From: Chiloscyllium plagiosum
Taxonomy: Eukaryota
Length of the DNA stretch: 64,000 nucleotides
Reading direction: 5' to 3'
Assembly (NCBI RefSeq): GCF_004010195.1
Contig: NC_057713.1
Location: forward strand, 43,734,349-43,798,348
The position numbers and the translations under genes were made by a program. Below, piece after piece: positions 1 to 12,839 of this stretch. The notes below the pieces were generated by a model that was given only the letters and a program-made list of their open reading frames with translations, had not been told where the DNA came from and did no database searches. The number at the start of each line of letters is the position of its first letter. Positions within the stretch are counted from its first letter, which is position 1.

Positions 1-151
1 CGCTTGGCACACCAGCCTCATTCCTGAAGAAGGGCTTATGCCCGAAATGTCGATTCTCCTGCTCTCGGATGCTGCCTGGCCTGTTGTGTTTTTCTAGCAT
101 CACATTTTTCAACTCTGGTCTCCAGCATCTGCAATCCTCACTTTCTCCTAG
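1..151 (+). mobile_element. 3' end of Penelope-like pseudo-LTR (family A) with hammerhead core and tail
   Basis: ctgaagaagggcttatgcccgaaatgtc at 24-51, then the family body and the tail ending ...cactttctcct; closely related to the 3' end of the PLE at 3221-4171. Confidence 0.8.
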
Positions 152-331
152 GAACCAAAGAATTGTCCATTTCATATCTGGTAATGAGTAATGAGGCTAA
201 GTTTATTCTTGATTTCATAGTAAAGGATCCTTTTAGTAAGAATGATCAAAACAAATTCATGAGCAGATTATCTCAACAAGAGCTCTGTTCAATTGCTGTT
301 GACTTTGCTTGATTGACGTCTTTAAGTTATT

Positions 332-563
332 AGAAGAAAGTGAGGACTGAAGATGCTGGAGATCTGAGTCAAGAGAGTGTTGCTGGGAAAGCACAGCAGG
401 TCAGGCAGCATCTGAGGAGCAGGAGCATTAATGTTTCAGGCATAAGCCCTTAATCAGGAATGTGTTCATCCATTCCTGATGAAGGGCCTATGCCCAAAAC
501 GTTGATTCTCCTGCTCCTTGGATGCTGTCTGACCTGCTGTGCTTTCCCAGCAACACACTCTCA
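332..563. mobile_element. Inverted PLE pLTR pair (family A), 13-bp TSD
   Basis: Minus arm with tail, then plus arm without tail; TSD tctttaagttatt at 319-331 and 564-576. Confidence 0.85.
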
Positions 564-975
564 TCTTTAAGTTATTGTAATAAAGTATTCCTATGGTGCT
601 GCAATACTGCTCTGATTCTGTAAATCTGTTCGCACCAATTTGGATTTTTTTTTTCATTTGATTACCAATTCCATGAGAATATTTGTAGACCTTACCTCGG
701 TGCAGCATCTATTGATCCATGTCTCAGCTTCCATTTCAGCATTGGCAGAGACCGATCAAATATCTGAGTGGAGGTTCAGACTAGGTCTGCAAAATTGGTG
801 CATATTGCCACACAAGCCCAGATTGGTGGAATTCAGTTTCAGATGCTACCATCATGGATGTGAATAGAAGGTCTCAAGGGGCTCTCATGTGTTCTAAGAT
901 TTGTCTTCCAGCAGATTATTAGGATTGTTGAAGTGCTACACCATGGAAGAAGAATTGACTGCCATCTCTCAGGAT

Positions 976-1091
976 TAAAAGTCACACAACACTGGGTTAT
1001 AGGCCAACAGGTTTATTTGGAAGCACTAGCTTTCGGAGCTCTGCTCCTTCAGCAGGTGGTTCACCCCAGTCCAACACCAGCACCTCCAAAT
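976..1091. mobile_element. Inverted PLE pLTR derivative (family B), 13-bp TSD
   Basis: Minus-strand body with a hammerhead-like core (~1027-1055), joined to a plus-strand tail (caccccagtccaacacc...aaatc); TSD catctctcaggat at 963-975 and 1092-1104. Confidence 0.8.
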
Positions 1092-1304
1092 CATCTCTCA
1101 GGATGACTGCATTTGGGCTCTAACCATTGCCATTCCTTCGGTACCCTCGCTGATCAGCCAGCCATTTTACTGCAAATATGTCATGGCGGTACTGTCTTGA
1201 GTTTGCAAATTCCACTGGATCAAGGGCACCCTGCAGCGCCACCTATAGTTTCTCCAACCATCAGCAGCCTCCCTCTGACCATCTTGCAGCAATGGAATAA
1301 CACT

Positions 1305-1440
1305 AAATAAAAACCGACAGAACTGCAAATTCTATAAATCAGAAACAAAACTAGAAATTACTGAAAAAGCTCTGGCAGCATCTGTGGAGAGAAATCTGAT
1401 TTAACGTTTTTGGCCGAGTGACCCTTCCTCAGTTCTGACC
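1305..1440 (-). mobile_element. PLE pLTR-derived short repeat (family C)
   Basis: Reverse strand reads ctgaggaagggtcactcggccaaaaacgtt...cagatgctgccagagc...; similar copies near 8675, 11080, 15150, 30178, 41690, 42850 and 51100. Confidence 0.7.
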
Positions 1441-2227
1441 CATAACCTCCAGGAATATTACAGAAATATTGACGGTATTTTCTTGAGCCTGGATTAAAAA
1501 CTCGAAATGTGGAAGCCAACTTTAAATCTAGGCAGATTCTGCAATTTGCAAACTGCAGAGTGGAACAGACGGTGTTTTTGCAGCCAGGTCTTGAATAATC
1601 AAAACCAGACAGGACTGAGACTACCTGGCCAGTGCTAATGGCCACATTGTTTCAGAACAAACTGTTGTTTACATCTCCAGTGAACCTCTTATGTTCGAAA
1701 AATGTTAAACAGATTTGTGGCATTAGGTCAGGGGGAGTCCAAAGGCTTGATAAGGACAGCTCTTGACAGTTGAAGGTTCAAAACCATGTTTCGTGACCTC
1801 TAAATATGGAAAATATTCACCTCAATGGATCTTCCAGTCCCCACTCAATGGCTACAGGATCTTTGAGAAAGGTGTGAAGAGAGGGATAAAAGGGATAACC
1901 TGCAGCCCCAGCTCACTCTGCTTTTTCCACTTTCTTCAACAGTGTCTCCAGAGAGCACCTTCAACTGGCAGCTGAGCCGCACAGGATCTCCACCTCCTGA
2001 CCAGGCCCAGAAGAGCACCTCAGTGAGATCACCTTGGTGAGATCACCTGAAGACCAGGACCAGCCCTAGACCAGAGAGGAAGCACAAATCAACAACTGGA
2101 TATCCTGAAAATTCACCATCAAAGACCAAGGAGCAGCCTATCCTTATCTAATGATTATTACTAATATTTTCAGATGAACAATTCAGACACAGTGGTAGGA
2201 ACCTGTAGATAGAATATAGCAAATCCA

Positions 2228-2600
2228 CAGAACCACATAACAGACCTTTCAGTCCAACTTGTCCATGTCGACCGGATATCCCAACCCAATCTAGTCCCAC
2301 CTGCCAGCAATTGGCCCATATCCCTCCAAACCCTTCCTATTCATATACCCATCCAAATGCCCCTTAAATGTTGCAATTGTACTAGCCTCCACCACTTCCT
2401 CTGGCAGTTCATTCTAAATACATACCACCAACTGCATGAAAACATTGCCCCTTAGGTCTCTGTTATATCTTTCCCCCCTCATCCTAAACATATGCCTTTA
2501 GTTCTGGACTCCCCCACCCCACAGAAGAGACATGGTCTATTTATCCTATCCATGCCCCTCATGATTTTATAAACCTCTATAGGTCACCTCTCAGCCTCTG
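2228..2600 (-). mobile_element. CR1-clade (HER1-like) LINE 3' fragment
   Basis: Reverse complement of the shark CR1 3' end also seen on the plus strand at 55221-55885. Confidence 0.75.
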
Positions 2601-3220
2601 ATAGCTAGTATAGATTTGAAACTGTTTACTTTGAGATTTAAAATGGTTTACTGAAAAATCCTGTGAAGAAATTCATTGAGCTTAATTAAAGTACAATAGT
2701 ACAGACTGACAGATATTGTTTTTCATTGATAAAGTGTTTAATAAAGTTGTGTTGGACCTTCCCCTGACTCCTGTCCCCTTCGTCTACCTCACTGTGTAAA
2801 CAGTTGCTCCTGAGAAAGAGAGAAGGCAGCTTAGAGATGTTCAATGAGGATTACCTCAGAATAAGGAGTTTAGTAGTAGTTTCAGAATAGAAGCATTTGA
2901 GCATAGGGGTTATTTAAAGCTGGGAAATTGTTAATGTCAATTTTAATGAAGACTCCAGGAAAGAGGCTATCAGATTCTCAAGACTGGGGTTTAAGCCACA
3001 GCTAAATTAAACTCCACTGATACAGCCTGTTACCACTATTAGTCTGTAGTCTTCCCTAAACTGTTTCCAACACATTTGCATCCTTCCTTAAATATGGTGA
3101 CTAGAACTCCAGATGTGGCTCTGTATAACCAACGTAGAGCTTCTCTACCATTGTATCCAATTGCCCTCATAACAAGTTATAATATTCTGTTAATTGTCCT
3201 AATTACTTGCATTACCTGCA

Positions 3221-4171
3221 ATTCCTCCGCCTCCGCCGTATCTGCTCCCAGGAGGACCAGTTCCACCACAAAACACACCAGATGGCCTTCTTCTTTAGAG
3301 ACCGCAATTTCCCTTCCCACGTGGTTAAAGATGCCCTCCAACGCATCTCGTCCACATCCCGCACCTCCGCCCTCAGACCCAACCCCTCCAACCGCAACAA
3401 GGACAGAACGCCCCTGGTGCACACCTTCCACCCTACCAACCTTCGCATAAACCAAACCATCCGCCGACATTTCCGCCACCTCCAAACAGACACCACCACC
3501 AGGGATATATTTCCCTCCCCACACCTTTCCGCCTTCCGCAAAGACCGTTCCCTCCGTGACTACCTGGTCAGGTCCACGCCCCCCTACGACCCACCCTCCC
3601 ATCCTGGCACCTCCCCCTGCCACCGCAGGAACTGTAAAACCTGCGCCCACACCTCCTCCCTCACCTCCATCCAAGGCCCCAAAGGAGCTTTCCACATCCA
3701 TCAAAGTTTTACCTACACATCCACTCATATCATTTATTGTATCCGTCCTCATCTTCCGCCTCGGAACACTTCAACCCCAGGGCATCAATGTGGACTTCAA
3801 CAGTTTCCTCATTTCCCCTTCCCCCACCTCACCCTAGTTCTAAACTTCCAGCTCAGCACTGTCCCCATGACTTGTCCGGACTTGTCCTACCTGCCTATCT
3901 CCTTTTCCACCTATCCACTCCACCCTCTCCTCCCTGACCTATCACCTTCATCCCCTCCCCCACTCACCCATTGTACTCTATGCTTCTTTCTCCCCACCCC
4001 CCCCCTCCTCTAGCTTATCTCTCCACGTTTCAGGCTCACTGCCTTTATTCTTGATGAAGGGCTTTTGCCCGAAACGTCAATTTCGCTGCTCCTTGGATGC
4101 TGCCTGAACTGCTGTGCTCTTCCAGCACCACTAATCCAGAATCTGGTTTCCAGCATCTGCAGTCATTGTTT
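3221..4171 (+). mobile_element. Young 5'-truncated Penelope-like retroelement (RT C-terminus/linker, deleted GIY-YIG, pLTR with hammerhead)
   Basis: ORF QFLRLRRICS...PCHRRNCKTC...IIYCIR, then LIFRLGTLQPQGINVDF in another frame; C-rich 3' region; ttgatgaagggcttttgcccgaaacgtc at 4051-4078. Possible TSD ttacctgca (3212-3220 / 4172-4180); inserted in a minus-strand CR1 fragment. Confidence 0.9.
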
Positions 4172-4479
4172 TTACCTGCATACTAACCTTCTGCAACTTA
4201 TCACTATGACATCAAACAAAGCTCAGCACAGGCTGGGAGAACAACACCTCATTTCCCACTTGTGGGACCCTGCAACCTTCTGGGCTCAATATTGAGTTCA
4301 ACAATTTTAGGGCCTGAACATCCTCTTCCGTGTCCTTATCCCAAGCCCCACACACCACACCTTTACATCACATGGGTTGCTACCATAAACAACCCATTAT
4401 TAGCTAGTTATGGTCCCCATTAGCAACTATACATTCTCCCAGGCTGATCTTTATCCATTCTTTTGTCTTCCCAGAGACA

Positions 4480-4860
4480 GAACAAAACTGCAGATGCTGG
4501 AATTCAAAATAGACAAACAGAAAGTTGGAAGAACACAGCAAACCAGGCAGCAGCACAAGGTGGAGAAGTCAGTGTCTCGGGTATTAACCCTTCTTCAGGA
4601 CTAGATGTGGGGTAGGGGGAGTTACAATAAAGGGGGGGAATTGGGGTGGGGAGAGTAGTGGGATGGTAAGATAGTGATAGGTGGACACAGGTAGTGGGCA
4701 CAACCTGGTTGGTCGATGGGAGGGATGAATCCAGTTGGTGGCTAGAAGGAAGGGTTGTTCAGAGGAATAGAAGGGAGGTGAGTCTGGAAAGGGTGATAGG
4801 GGATGGGTGAGAAGGTTATTTGAAATTAGAGAACTCAACGTTAAGCCCTCCAGGCTGAGG
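4480..4860 (-). mobile_element. 3' end of another Penelope-like family (family D)
   Basis: Reverse strand: end of endonuclease region, C-rich tract, ctgaagaagggttaatacccgagacac core, then ...tttccagcatctgcag-like tail. Confidence 0.7.
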
Positions 4861-6341
4861 CCTACAGCAATTTCTGAGATTATATATACTTTTTATTTAT
4901 GTGTGGGTAACCAGGAGATTGCACATTTGTCACCTGTGGAGGTCTGGAATGACCTGATGATGCGGCAGCTCAATGCTGAAGGATGTGTTAAGGTCACTGG
5001 AATAGATTCCAGTTCCATGTGGGGATGTGGCTTTTCCTGTCATTGCATCCTGAGTCATCTTTGTTTTTACCATTCTAACATTTACAGATGGTTATACTGC
5101 CTGTAGTATTTCCAATGAAACACCATTGTTTGGTGTCACACTGGCCTCAGTTGGTAGCATCCTCAGTTGCATCCTCTGCCCCGTTATTACATTGGAACAT
5201 TGACGTTAAGGACAGGGATAGGCCACTTGATTTTTCAAACCTGCTGCACCATTCGATAAAATCATGGTTGATTTGATTATGAATTTAACTTCACTTTCCC
5301 ACCTGCCCCCTAACCCTTAATCCCCTCGTTTATCAAGAAGCTACCTAATTAAGCCTTGAATAAATTCAAAGTCCCAGCCTCTCTCAAGGGAAGAGAATTC
5401 TACACACTGTGTCCCTGAGTTTTAGACTGGTCCTTCAGAGGAAACATCCACACTCTCAAGTCCCCTCAGGGCCTTATACACTTCAATATGTTCATCCATC
5501 ATTCTTCTAAATCCTAATGGTTATAGGCTCAGCCTATACAAACATTTGTCTGAAGCTCAGCTCTTCATCTGGCCTAGATTATCCTTGATGCTCCCAACCC
5601 CCATCATTAAACTGCCATCAGCACTCATGATCTCCCCTTTATTATGCTTGATCTGCTTTTGGTAGGATCTAATCTTCCACGTTGTTCAGCTCCCCCTTTC
5701 TATCTCCCATGACTCCTTCTTAGCACTCTCATGAACTGACCTCCCTCCCTCGGTCATGCATTCTCCAACCTCACAAGCAGCAGATACCCTCACTCCAAGA
5801 TGTCTCAAACTCCCTGGACATCCCTGTCAAACCAGCTCAGCATCCTCATCATTGGTCCAAAAATAAATGCCCTTAAAACAAAGCCAACTTCTACTCAGTC
5901 CAGGAAGACTACCTCACCTATTGCACACTACTTTTAACCAGCCAGGAACCTGAAAATTTACATTTTTCATGTGCTGCTGATTTGATAGCAAAGCAATCAT
6001 TTAATGTGGTGACCATGTGTTTTAATGAGTGCGCATTACATGTTAATGTCTTAAAACTAGGTTCCTAGTGACTGCAATTAAGAACCATGATTTCCTATTA
6101 ATATGTTGCCAACTCATTCCCAACTTTCATCCTGCCATTGGAAAACTGATATTTTGCTTTTCACAAAATTAAGTGCCCCTACCCACTTTTGTTTCCTGCT
6201 CCCAGATTTAGCATTGCATTTAGCCTATTTTGAAATAATTAACTAAATGGAGGCGAATACCAACCTTTAGCCATTATTCCACATGAAATAAGTACACTTT
6301 AAGAGTTCACATTCAGTTGAGCATGCAGAAAACCTTTGTTA

Positions 6342-6381
6342 CTGAACCACATAGAGGCTGAACCCCATAGAGGCTGAACCC
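6342..6381. repeat. 16-bp tandem repeat (~2.5 copies)
   Basis: ctgaacc(a/c)catagagg repeated. Confidence 0.85.
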
Positions 6382-8779
6382 TACGCCTGCAGAATAGTAT
6401 TTAGAAAGTAAAATTACTGTATTTGTTCAAATTGCTTTTGATATATGATGAAAGGTGTGGTTTCTGGGATTCACAAAAGGATATTGCTTGTTCATTTTCA
6501 TTTCTTTTTATGATAATAAAATTTCAAAAGTTTATTCTAAAATCTGGAAATTCCAAAATGTGTATCCCTTATCAAAGAAGAGATAGCATGATATCTTTTT
6601 CTTGAGACAGGTCAACGATCCAAAGGCAAATAGCAGATATTTTCAGGAAAAGTTTCTGTGCATCCTAGCTGTGAGTGTGAACAATGTGCTGCTCATTTTC
6701 ATCTGAAAAATGCTTGGCAGCTGAAAATCGATGTATTTTAATTCTACATTGAAATATTGAGAACGTTAAACAGATACATACGTAAACAAAGGTTATTTTA
6801 TGGAACATTGGTGGAGTGTAATTTTTATTTCTCTGAGTTCAGGTCAATTTCCCAAACAAATAAAAGTCATAATTCACTTTCCCTTTTTGGCATGTGATCC
6901 TCTGAGTGATATGTTACAATGAATGCTTTCTAAAAGAGATAGTTTCCAAGCTGTTCTAATGTGAAGAAATTCTGACTGGACCTTAATATTTACTGAGTGA
7001 GCCTTTGTGAAGTTATGCTTGTGAACAGTGCAATCTATGATATGACTGAATTTTCCATCTGAAAAGTAATTAAGGACAATTAGTAAAGATAATCCCTTAA
7101 TCTACTAAAAAACAGATCACGATGCATTAACCCCTCAAAATTAACATCTTGCCATATTTTTTGTAATTGGCCTCTTTTATTCCATTCTGTTTTCATTTCT
7201 TTTTAAATTTCTGGTTTTAACACAGATCTGATTTCCATTTTCCAAGTTTTTTTTTCATATGGGCTGGTTCTCAGTTTGAACATGAATAGGGAAGGCTTCT
7301 ACAGACTCGTTAATGATGCGGGAGAGAAATTATCCCTGATTATTATATTTACCAATAAAAATGCTTCCAGATGAGATATATCAAATGTAAAAATTCAGTT
7401 TGCCATTACAATTTTACTGAACTGTCCATTAATTATAGTGATTACCAGTGATTTCATTTACTTTAAAAAGATATAAAATTACTTAAAATACTGTGAAAAG
7501 TTATGAAGAAAATTGCAGGCAACTTGCCTTGCTGTCTTCCTAGTACCATATTACCAGCCAAATCTCTTTGTAACACAGCAGCATATGGCTCAGAACAATG
7601 AGACTTCACCCAGCTAATAGGGTTAAATTTAATTTTAAGATTTTTTTTATTCTAATGCATTCTTAATAAGGATGATTACAAGTGTAGAGGGCACTTTACT
7701 ACTCGCCATATATAACACCCAAATTTATTCACTTTCCTGTGTAGATAACAAAGACATGCTGTCTCACTGAAAGACCCAGTAATCACCATCTCCCTCCTGA
7801 TTTCAATTCCCACAGTATTCTGTGTAACCACTGAGCCTGCTCAAACTCATTTGTGAAACCAACAGGACCATTGTATAATTAAGGCCCATAAATGGAACAT
7901 GGACAAGACTATTAGATCTTTTTTTAAGGGGGTCAAAAAGGAAAGCTGGATAATCAACTAAAGGAGTTGAACACTGCCATCTTGTGGGCAAACTTTAATT
8001 TCTATGATGCTGAGTAGTTTTTTGCATTAAGGAGTTTTCAAGGTTCATATTTAATACAGAAATATCCTCTCAATTTTTAAATGTATACAGACATTATAAA
8101 TCTTCTCAGTTTCTTCTTGTCACATTATTCAATTTAATAAGCATATTTTTGCATTTTTTGTCATTACACTGAATGTCTTACTAAATTCTAAATTGAATAC
8201 ATTTAATCCCTTTGCCCATTTTATTCTAATATTCTAAAATGTCTGCATCCTTCTACCTCTTAGGTACGCTAAGTTTAATCCAATTCCCCAATTCAGCAGG
8301 CATGTCCTTATTTTACAGCGGAGTAAATTGCTGTGCTCAACTTACTTGCTCTTAGGTAAGGATATGATCGTATAAACAAATGAATTAAGAGCTTGAGTAG
8401 GCCACTTGGCCCCTTGAGCCTGCTGTGCTATCCAGTAAGATCATGATTGATCTGATTATTCCATGTTCCTACTGCCCTTCACTCCCTTGCTTATTGAGAA
8501 TCTGCATACCTTGTTCAAAGATTCTGCACCTTCAATGCCTTTTAAGGAAGTGCAAGAAACTATATGAAAAAAATTCTCCCCATTTCTATCTTAAATGGGT
8601 GATCTATTATTTTCAAATAGTGACTGCTAATTCCAGATTCTCTCACAACAGGAAGTAGTTTTCTATTCTTCCACAAAAATGCTGGAAAAACTCAGCAAGT
8701 CTGGCAGCATCTATAGTGTGAGAAATAGAGGTAACATTTTAAGTCCAATTGTCTTACTTTCACCTAGTCCATCCTTGAC

Positions 8780-9830
8780 TCTTTCCTTCCTTTCATTTCC
8801 TTCTCTGGTTTCATTTTTGGGAATGAGCTAACTCCACAGTTGCCTAAACTACATTTCTTCACACTCTGCTTCCTGCAAGGTCTCCATTCCATTCTCCCAG
8901 TTTCTCCATCTCCGTCGCATCTGTCCAGACGATGCAGTCTCCCACAGGGTTATTTCCAATATACCTTTGATTTTTTTCTCAACTGAGGATTGCTCCCAGT
9001 ATGGCTGACTGGGCCCTCAGCTATATCCAATCTATTTCCCAGTTTTAATCCTCACCCCTTTCCCTCCCCACAAAGAATCAAAAGAGTTCCTTTTTTTTCA
9101 CTTTCCACCCAGCCCCCAGAGGAAAAACACAATTAAGAAAAAGGTCATATTATTGTACTTGTTAGTTTTACGGCATATGAGTCAGATCAGTACATGTCAT
9201 TCGCAGATTTTCCTCTGTTTTCCCACCTGGGCAACATCTGCCTTCAAAGGAACATTCTCCACCATTGCAGCCACCTCCAGCAGTGTACCAGCACCAAATG
9301 CACCCCCTCCCCTCCCCTCCCCACCCCCACTCCCCTGACAGCATTTCACAAGGACTGCTCCCTTCATGATACCCTTGTTTACTGCTCATGACTTCCAGCA
9401 CTTTTTCACCCATCCATGGTACTTTCTTATCAATCAAAAGGTATAAAACATCCTCCATCGTACTTTATATCTTCCATTCTCATTCTCAAGGCCCCAAATA
9501 TAACTCTTGGTGAAGGGCATTTTACTACTTTTAATCTAGTCTACTATATTAGCTGTTCACAATGCAGTCTACACATTGGTAAGATCAAATGCAGACTGGG
9601 TAAATGCTTTGCAGAATACCTCTGCTCTGTCTGCAAGAATGATACTGACCATCCAGTTGCTTGCCATTTCAATACACCATTTTGCTGTCATGGTAACATT
9701 TCTATCCAGGCCTGCCATAGCGTTCCAATAAAGCCCAAAATGCAACCTGGAGAAACAGCACCTTTCCTTCTGCTTAGGCACTTTACACCCTTTGGGACTT
9801 AGTATTGAGTTCGACAACTTCATACTATTG
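8780..9830 (+). mobile_element. Old degraded Penelope-like element with GIY-YIG remnant
   Basis: SIPFSQFLHLRRIC-like segment near 8880-8925; NLVYYISCSQCSLHIG...RLG..FAE.L...HPVACHFN in ORF 9416-9802; many frameshifts. Confidence 0.8.
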
Positions 9831-9849
9831 AACTATGACATGATTTTGA

Positions 9850-10840
9850 CAAATATGGGGGCAAATACATGGCAGGACTTCAGTGTAATTGGGACAAGTT
9901 AAATAAGGGGGCAAATACATGCCAGAAGCAGTAATAATGTGGATAAATGTGAGGTTATCTACTTCAGCAGCAGAAATAGGCAGGCAGATTATAACTTAAA
10001 GGCAATAGATTGTGAACGAGGGAGGTGCAATGAGACCTGGCTATCCTGAAAGTAAGGAGAAAGTGAGGACTATAGATGCTGGAGATCCTGATAAAGGGCT
10101 TATGCCCAAAACATCAATTCTCCTGCTCCTTGGATGCTGCATGACCTGCTGTGCTCTTCCAGCACCACATTCTCTATCCTGAAAGTAAGCATGCCAATGC
10201 AGCCGGAGGTGAAGAAGGAAAATTATATGTTAGCCTTCATAGTGAAAGGATTTGACTACAGGAGCAAGGATGTCTTGCTGCAACTGTAGGGCACTGATAA
10301 GACCACACCTGAAATGTTCTGTGCAGTTTTAGTCTCCTTATCTGAAGGAGGATGTTCTGGCTATTGAGGGAGTGCAAAGAAGGTTAACCAGAGTGATGCC
10401 TGGGATGGTGGGATTGACATATGAAGAGAGGCTGAATCAGTTATAACTATATTCACGAGGGAAGATCACATAAAATAAAATACAAATCTGACAGGTTTAG
10501 ACAGGAAAGGTGCAGGAAGGATATTGTCAATGACCGGGGAGTCCAGAACCAGGGGTTAAGGATAAATGGTAGGCCTTCTGTGACTGAGATGAGAAGGAAT
10601 TTCTTCACCCAGACAGTGCTGAGCCTGTGGAATTCTGAACCACAGGAAATTGTTGAGGCCAAAACATTGAAACCCTTCAGGAAAGGTGTAGATAAAGTTC
10701 TTAGGACTAAAGGGACCAAAAGGATATTGGGAGAAAGTGAAATAGGGTACTGAGTTGGATGACCAGCCATGATTATATTGAATGGCAGAGCAAGCTCAGG
10801 GGGCTGAATGGCCTCCTCCTATTTTTTATATTTCCATGAG
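9850..10840 (+). mobile_element. CR1-clade LINE 3' fragment
   Basis: Degenerate NVDKCEV, RPHLE.CVQFWSP and NFFTQ.V..LWN motifs, plus the 3' UTR gggctgaatggcct. Confidence 0.8.
10057..10173. mobile_element. Inverted PLE pLTR derivative (family A), 16-bp TSD, nested in CR1
   Basis: Minus-strand tail only, then a plus arm starting at ctgataaagggc; TSD ctatcctgaaagtaag at 10041-10056 and 10174-10189. Confidence 0.85.
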
Positions 10841-11944
10841 GTCTGTCCTCTGTTTTGATTAACCACTTCCCCCAACCCTGCACCTTGCTTACATGAATTT
10901 ACTTTCAACAGAGCTGATCCATTTTCTATTAATACCAGTCATATATATCGACTCTTGGTTCTCATCTTTCTCTACTAACATAAGCATTCACTGTTTTTTT
11001 TTGCTCTGACGTGCCTTTACCATCTGTTCCAATTGCCTCTCCTCCTCGATTCCACAGAATAGAAACCAAAACTTTATTTTTGAAGAAAAGTTATATTAGC
11101 CTCAAAACATTAACTCTGCTGTCTCTGCACAGATGCTGCACAGTCTCTCCAGAACTTCCAGTTTTAAAACGTTTAGTAATCACTTTCTAAACTGCTTCCA
11201 GTGCATTTACATTCTTCTTTAAGGAGATTAATCCAGATATGGCCACACCAATGTCCTGTGTAACTTAAGCTAAATCTCTCTTCTTTCATTTTTTTTAGGT
11301 TTTCTAATTGTTTACTGTACCTTCATGCTGAAGTTTTGTGATTCGTGTACTAACACACCTAGATCTCAGACTTCAGAGCTCTGCAATCTTTCATTATTTA
11401 GATAATATACTTATTTTTTATTCTTCCTTCTGAAATGGACACATTTCACATTTTCCTACATTATGTTCCACTTTTCAGGCTTTGGTTCTGTCCATTCACT
11501 CAACCTATCTATATCCCTTTATAGCTTCCTTCTGTCCTCTCCACAACATACTTTCCAGATTATTTTTGTATCATCAGCAACACCAATTTAAATTCAATTC
11601 AATTAGGGAAGGGAATTCTTGGGTTCATTTTTTAAGGCAATGTCTTGGCCAATTAGAGTTAACTCTCCTGATTTAAAATTTAACCAAAGCTTGGCAGTTA
11701 ACTGTCAGTCATCATTAACTAGTGAATTACCAATGGCAAAATCTTCCGTAGAATCCACTTGTCAACCAGTCAGACCATTCCTCCTGTGCAGTACAAATGC
11801 TGCTTTCCATTTACTTAGTAATTCTTATGAATTGCCCTGATGAGTACAAATTGAAAAGTATCAACAAAGTGGGTTTATTTTTCAGCAACATTCCAATTTG
11901 GTACTGCCCAACAACTATTTGCAATTAATATTAGTATTCAACGC

Positions 11945-12830
11945 ATATGCAGAAAACTAGCTTGCAGGTAAAACAGGTAGTAAGGAGGGCAATTGAAAAT
12001 TATTGCTAAAGGAATGCAATCTAAGAGCAAGGGAGTATTGTTGCAATTGTGCAAGGCATTAGTGAGACTGCATCTGGAGTACTAAGTAGTTTTGGTCCCC
12101 TTACTTGAGGAAGGATGTAGTTGTATTGGAGGCAGCTTAGAGGAGGCCCATCAGAATAATTCCAGAGATGAAAGGCTTATTTGATTAGGAGAGATTAAGC
12201 AGTTGAGGCCTATACTTGCTAAAGTTTAGAAGACGAGGAGAAATTTACTTGAAGTATGCTAAAGGGGATTGAAAATGTCGATGTAAAGTGGATGTTTCCT
12301 ATGGTGGAGAGTGTGGTGCTTGGAAAAGCACAACAGATCAGGCAGCATCCGAGGATCAGGAAAATCAACAGTTCAGGCAGAAGCCCTTCTTCAGAAATTA
12401 CTCCTGATGAAGGGCTTTTGCCCAAAAGTTTGATTCTCCTGCTCCTCAGATGCTGCCTGACCTGCTGTACTTTTCCAGCACCACAGTCTTGACTCTAATC
12501 TGCAGCATCTGCAGTCCTCACTTTCGCCTAGTTTCCTATGGTGAGGCAATTTAGAATGAGAGATCATAGTTTTAGGATAAGGGGTGACAGATGTAAAACA
12601 GAGATGAGGAGGAATTACTTCTGTCAAAGGGTTGTGAATCTGTGGGATTTAGTACTCCAGAGCATGCTGGACACCAGCATGCTGCAAAAATTTAAGGAGG
12701 ACATAAACAGATTTTTATTACTAATGAGTTAAAGGGTGGTAGTGAGTGGGCAGGAAAGTGAACTGAGATGAGATAGCTCTGAGAGTATTAAATGGCAGAG
12801 CAGGCTCGAATTTTGCTTCTAGTTGTTATG
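11945..12830 (+). mobile_element. CR1-clade LINE 3' fragment
   Basis: Degenerate LVRLHLEY...FWSPYLRKD and RNYFCQRVVNLW motifs. Confidence 0.75.
12307..12530. mobile_element. Inverted PLE pLTR pair (family A), 13-bp TSD, nested in CR1
   Basis: Minus arm without tail, plus arm with tail; TSD gtttcctatggtg at 12294-12306 and 12531-12543. Confidence 0.85.
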
Positions 12831-12839
12831 TTAATATTC

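Noticed and set aside
332-563. Hairpin-forming inverted repeats as miRNA precursors or DNA-transposon MITEs
   Set aside because: Arms match the PLE pLTR, ends are asymmetric, and TSD lengths vary from 9 to 16 bp, unlike fixed-TSD MITEs.
696-770. Minus-strand segment ending GAG|gtaag, reading RSLPMLKWKLR, faintly like the SLC26A7 N-terminus
   Set aside because: Similarity is limited to a few residues, upstream stops occur in the candidate frames, and the region looks like decayed repeat sequence.
1640-3035. Possible solo LTR interrupted by CR1 (similar impression at 27450-28226)
   Set aside because: No convincing TG...CA ends with a TSD could be fixed.
3076-3937. Multiple overlapping Pro- or Gly-rich ORFs
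   Set aside because: Alternative frames and antisense of the C-rich Penelope element; only the 3207 frame carries PLE motifs.
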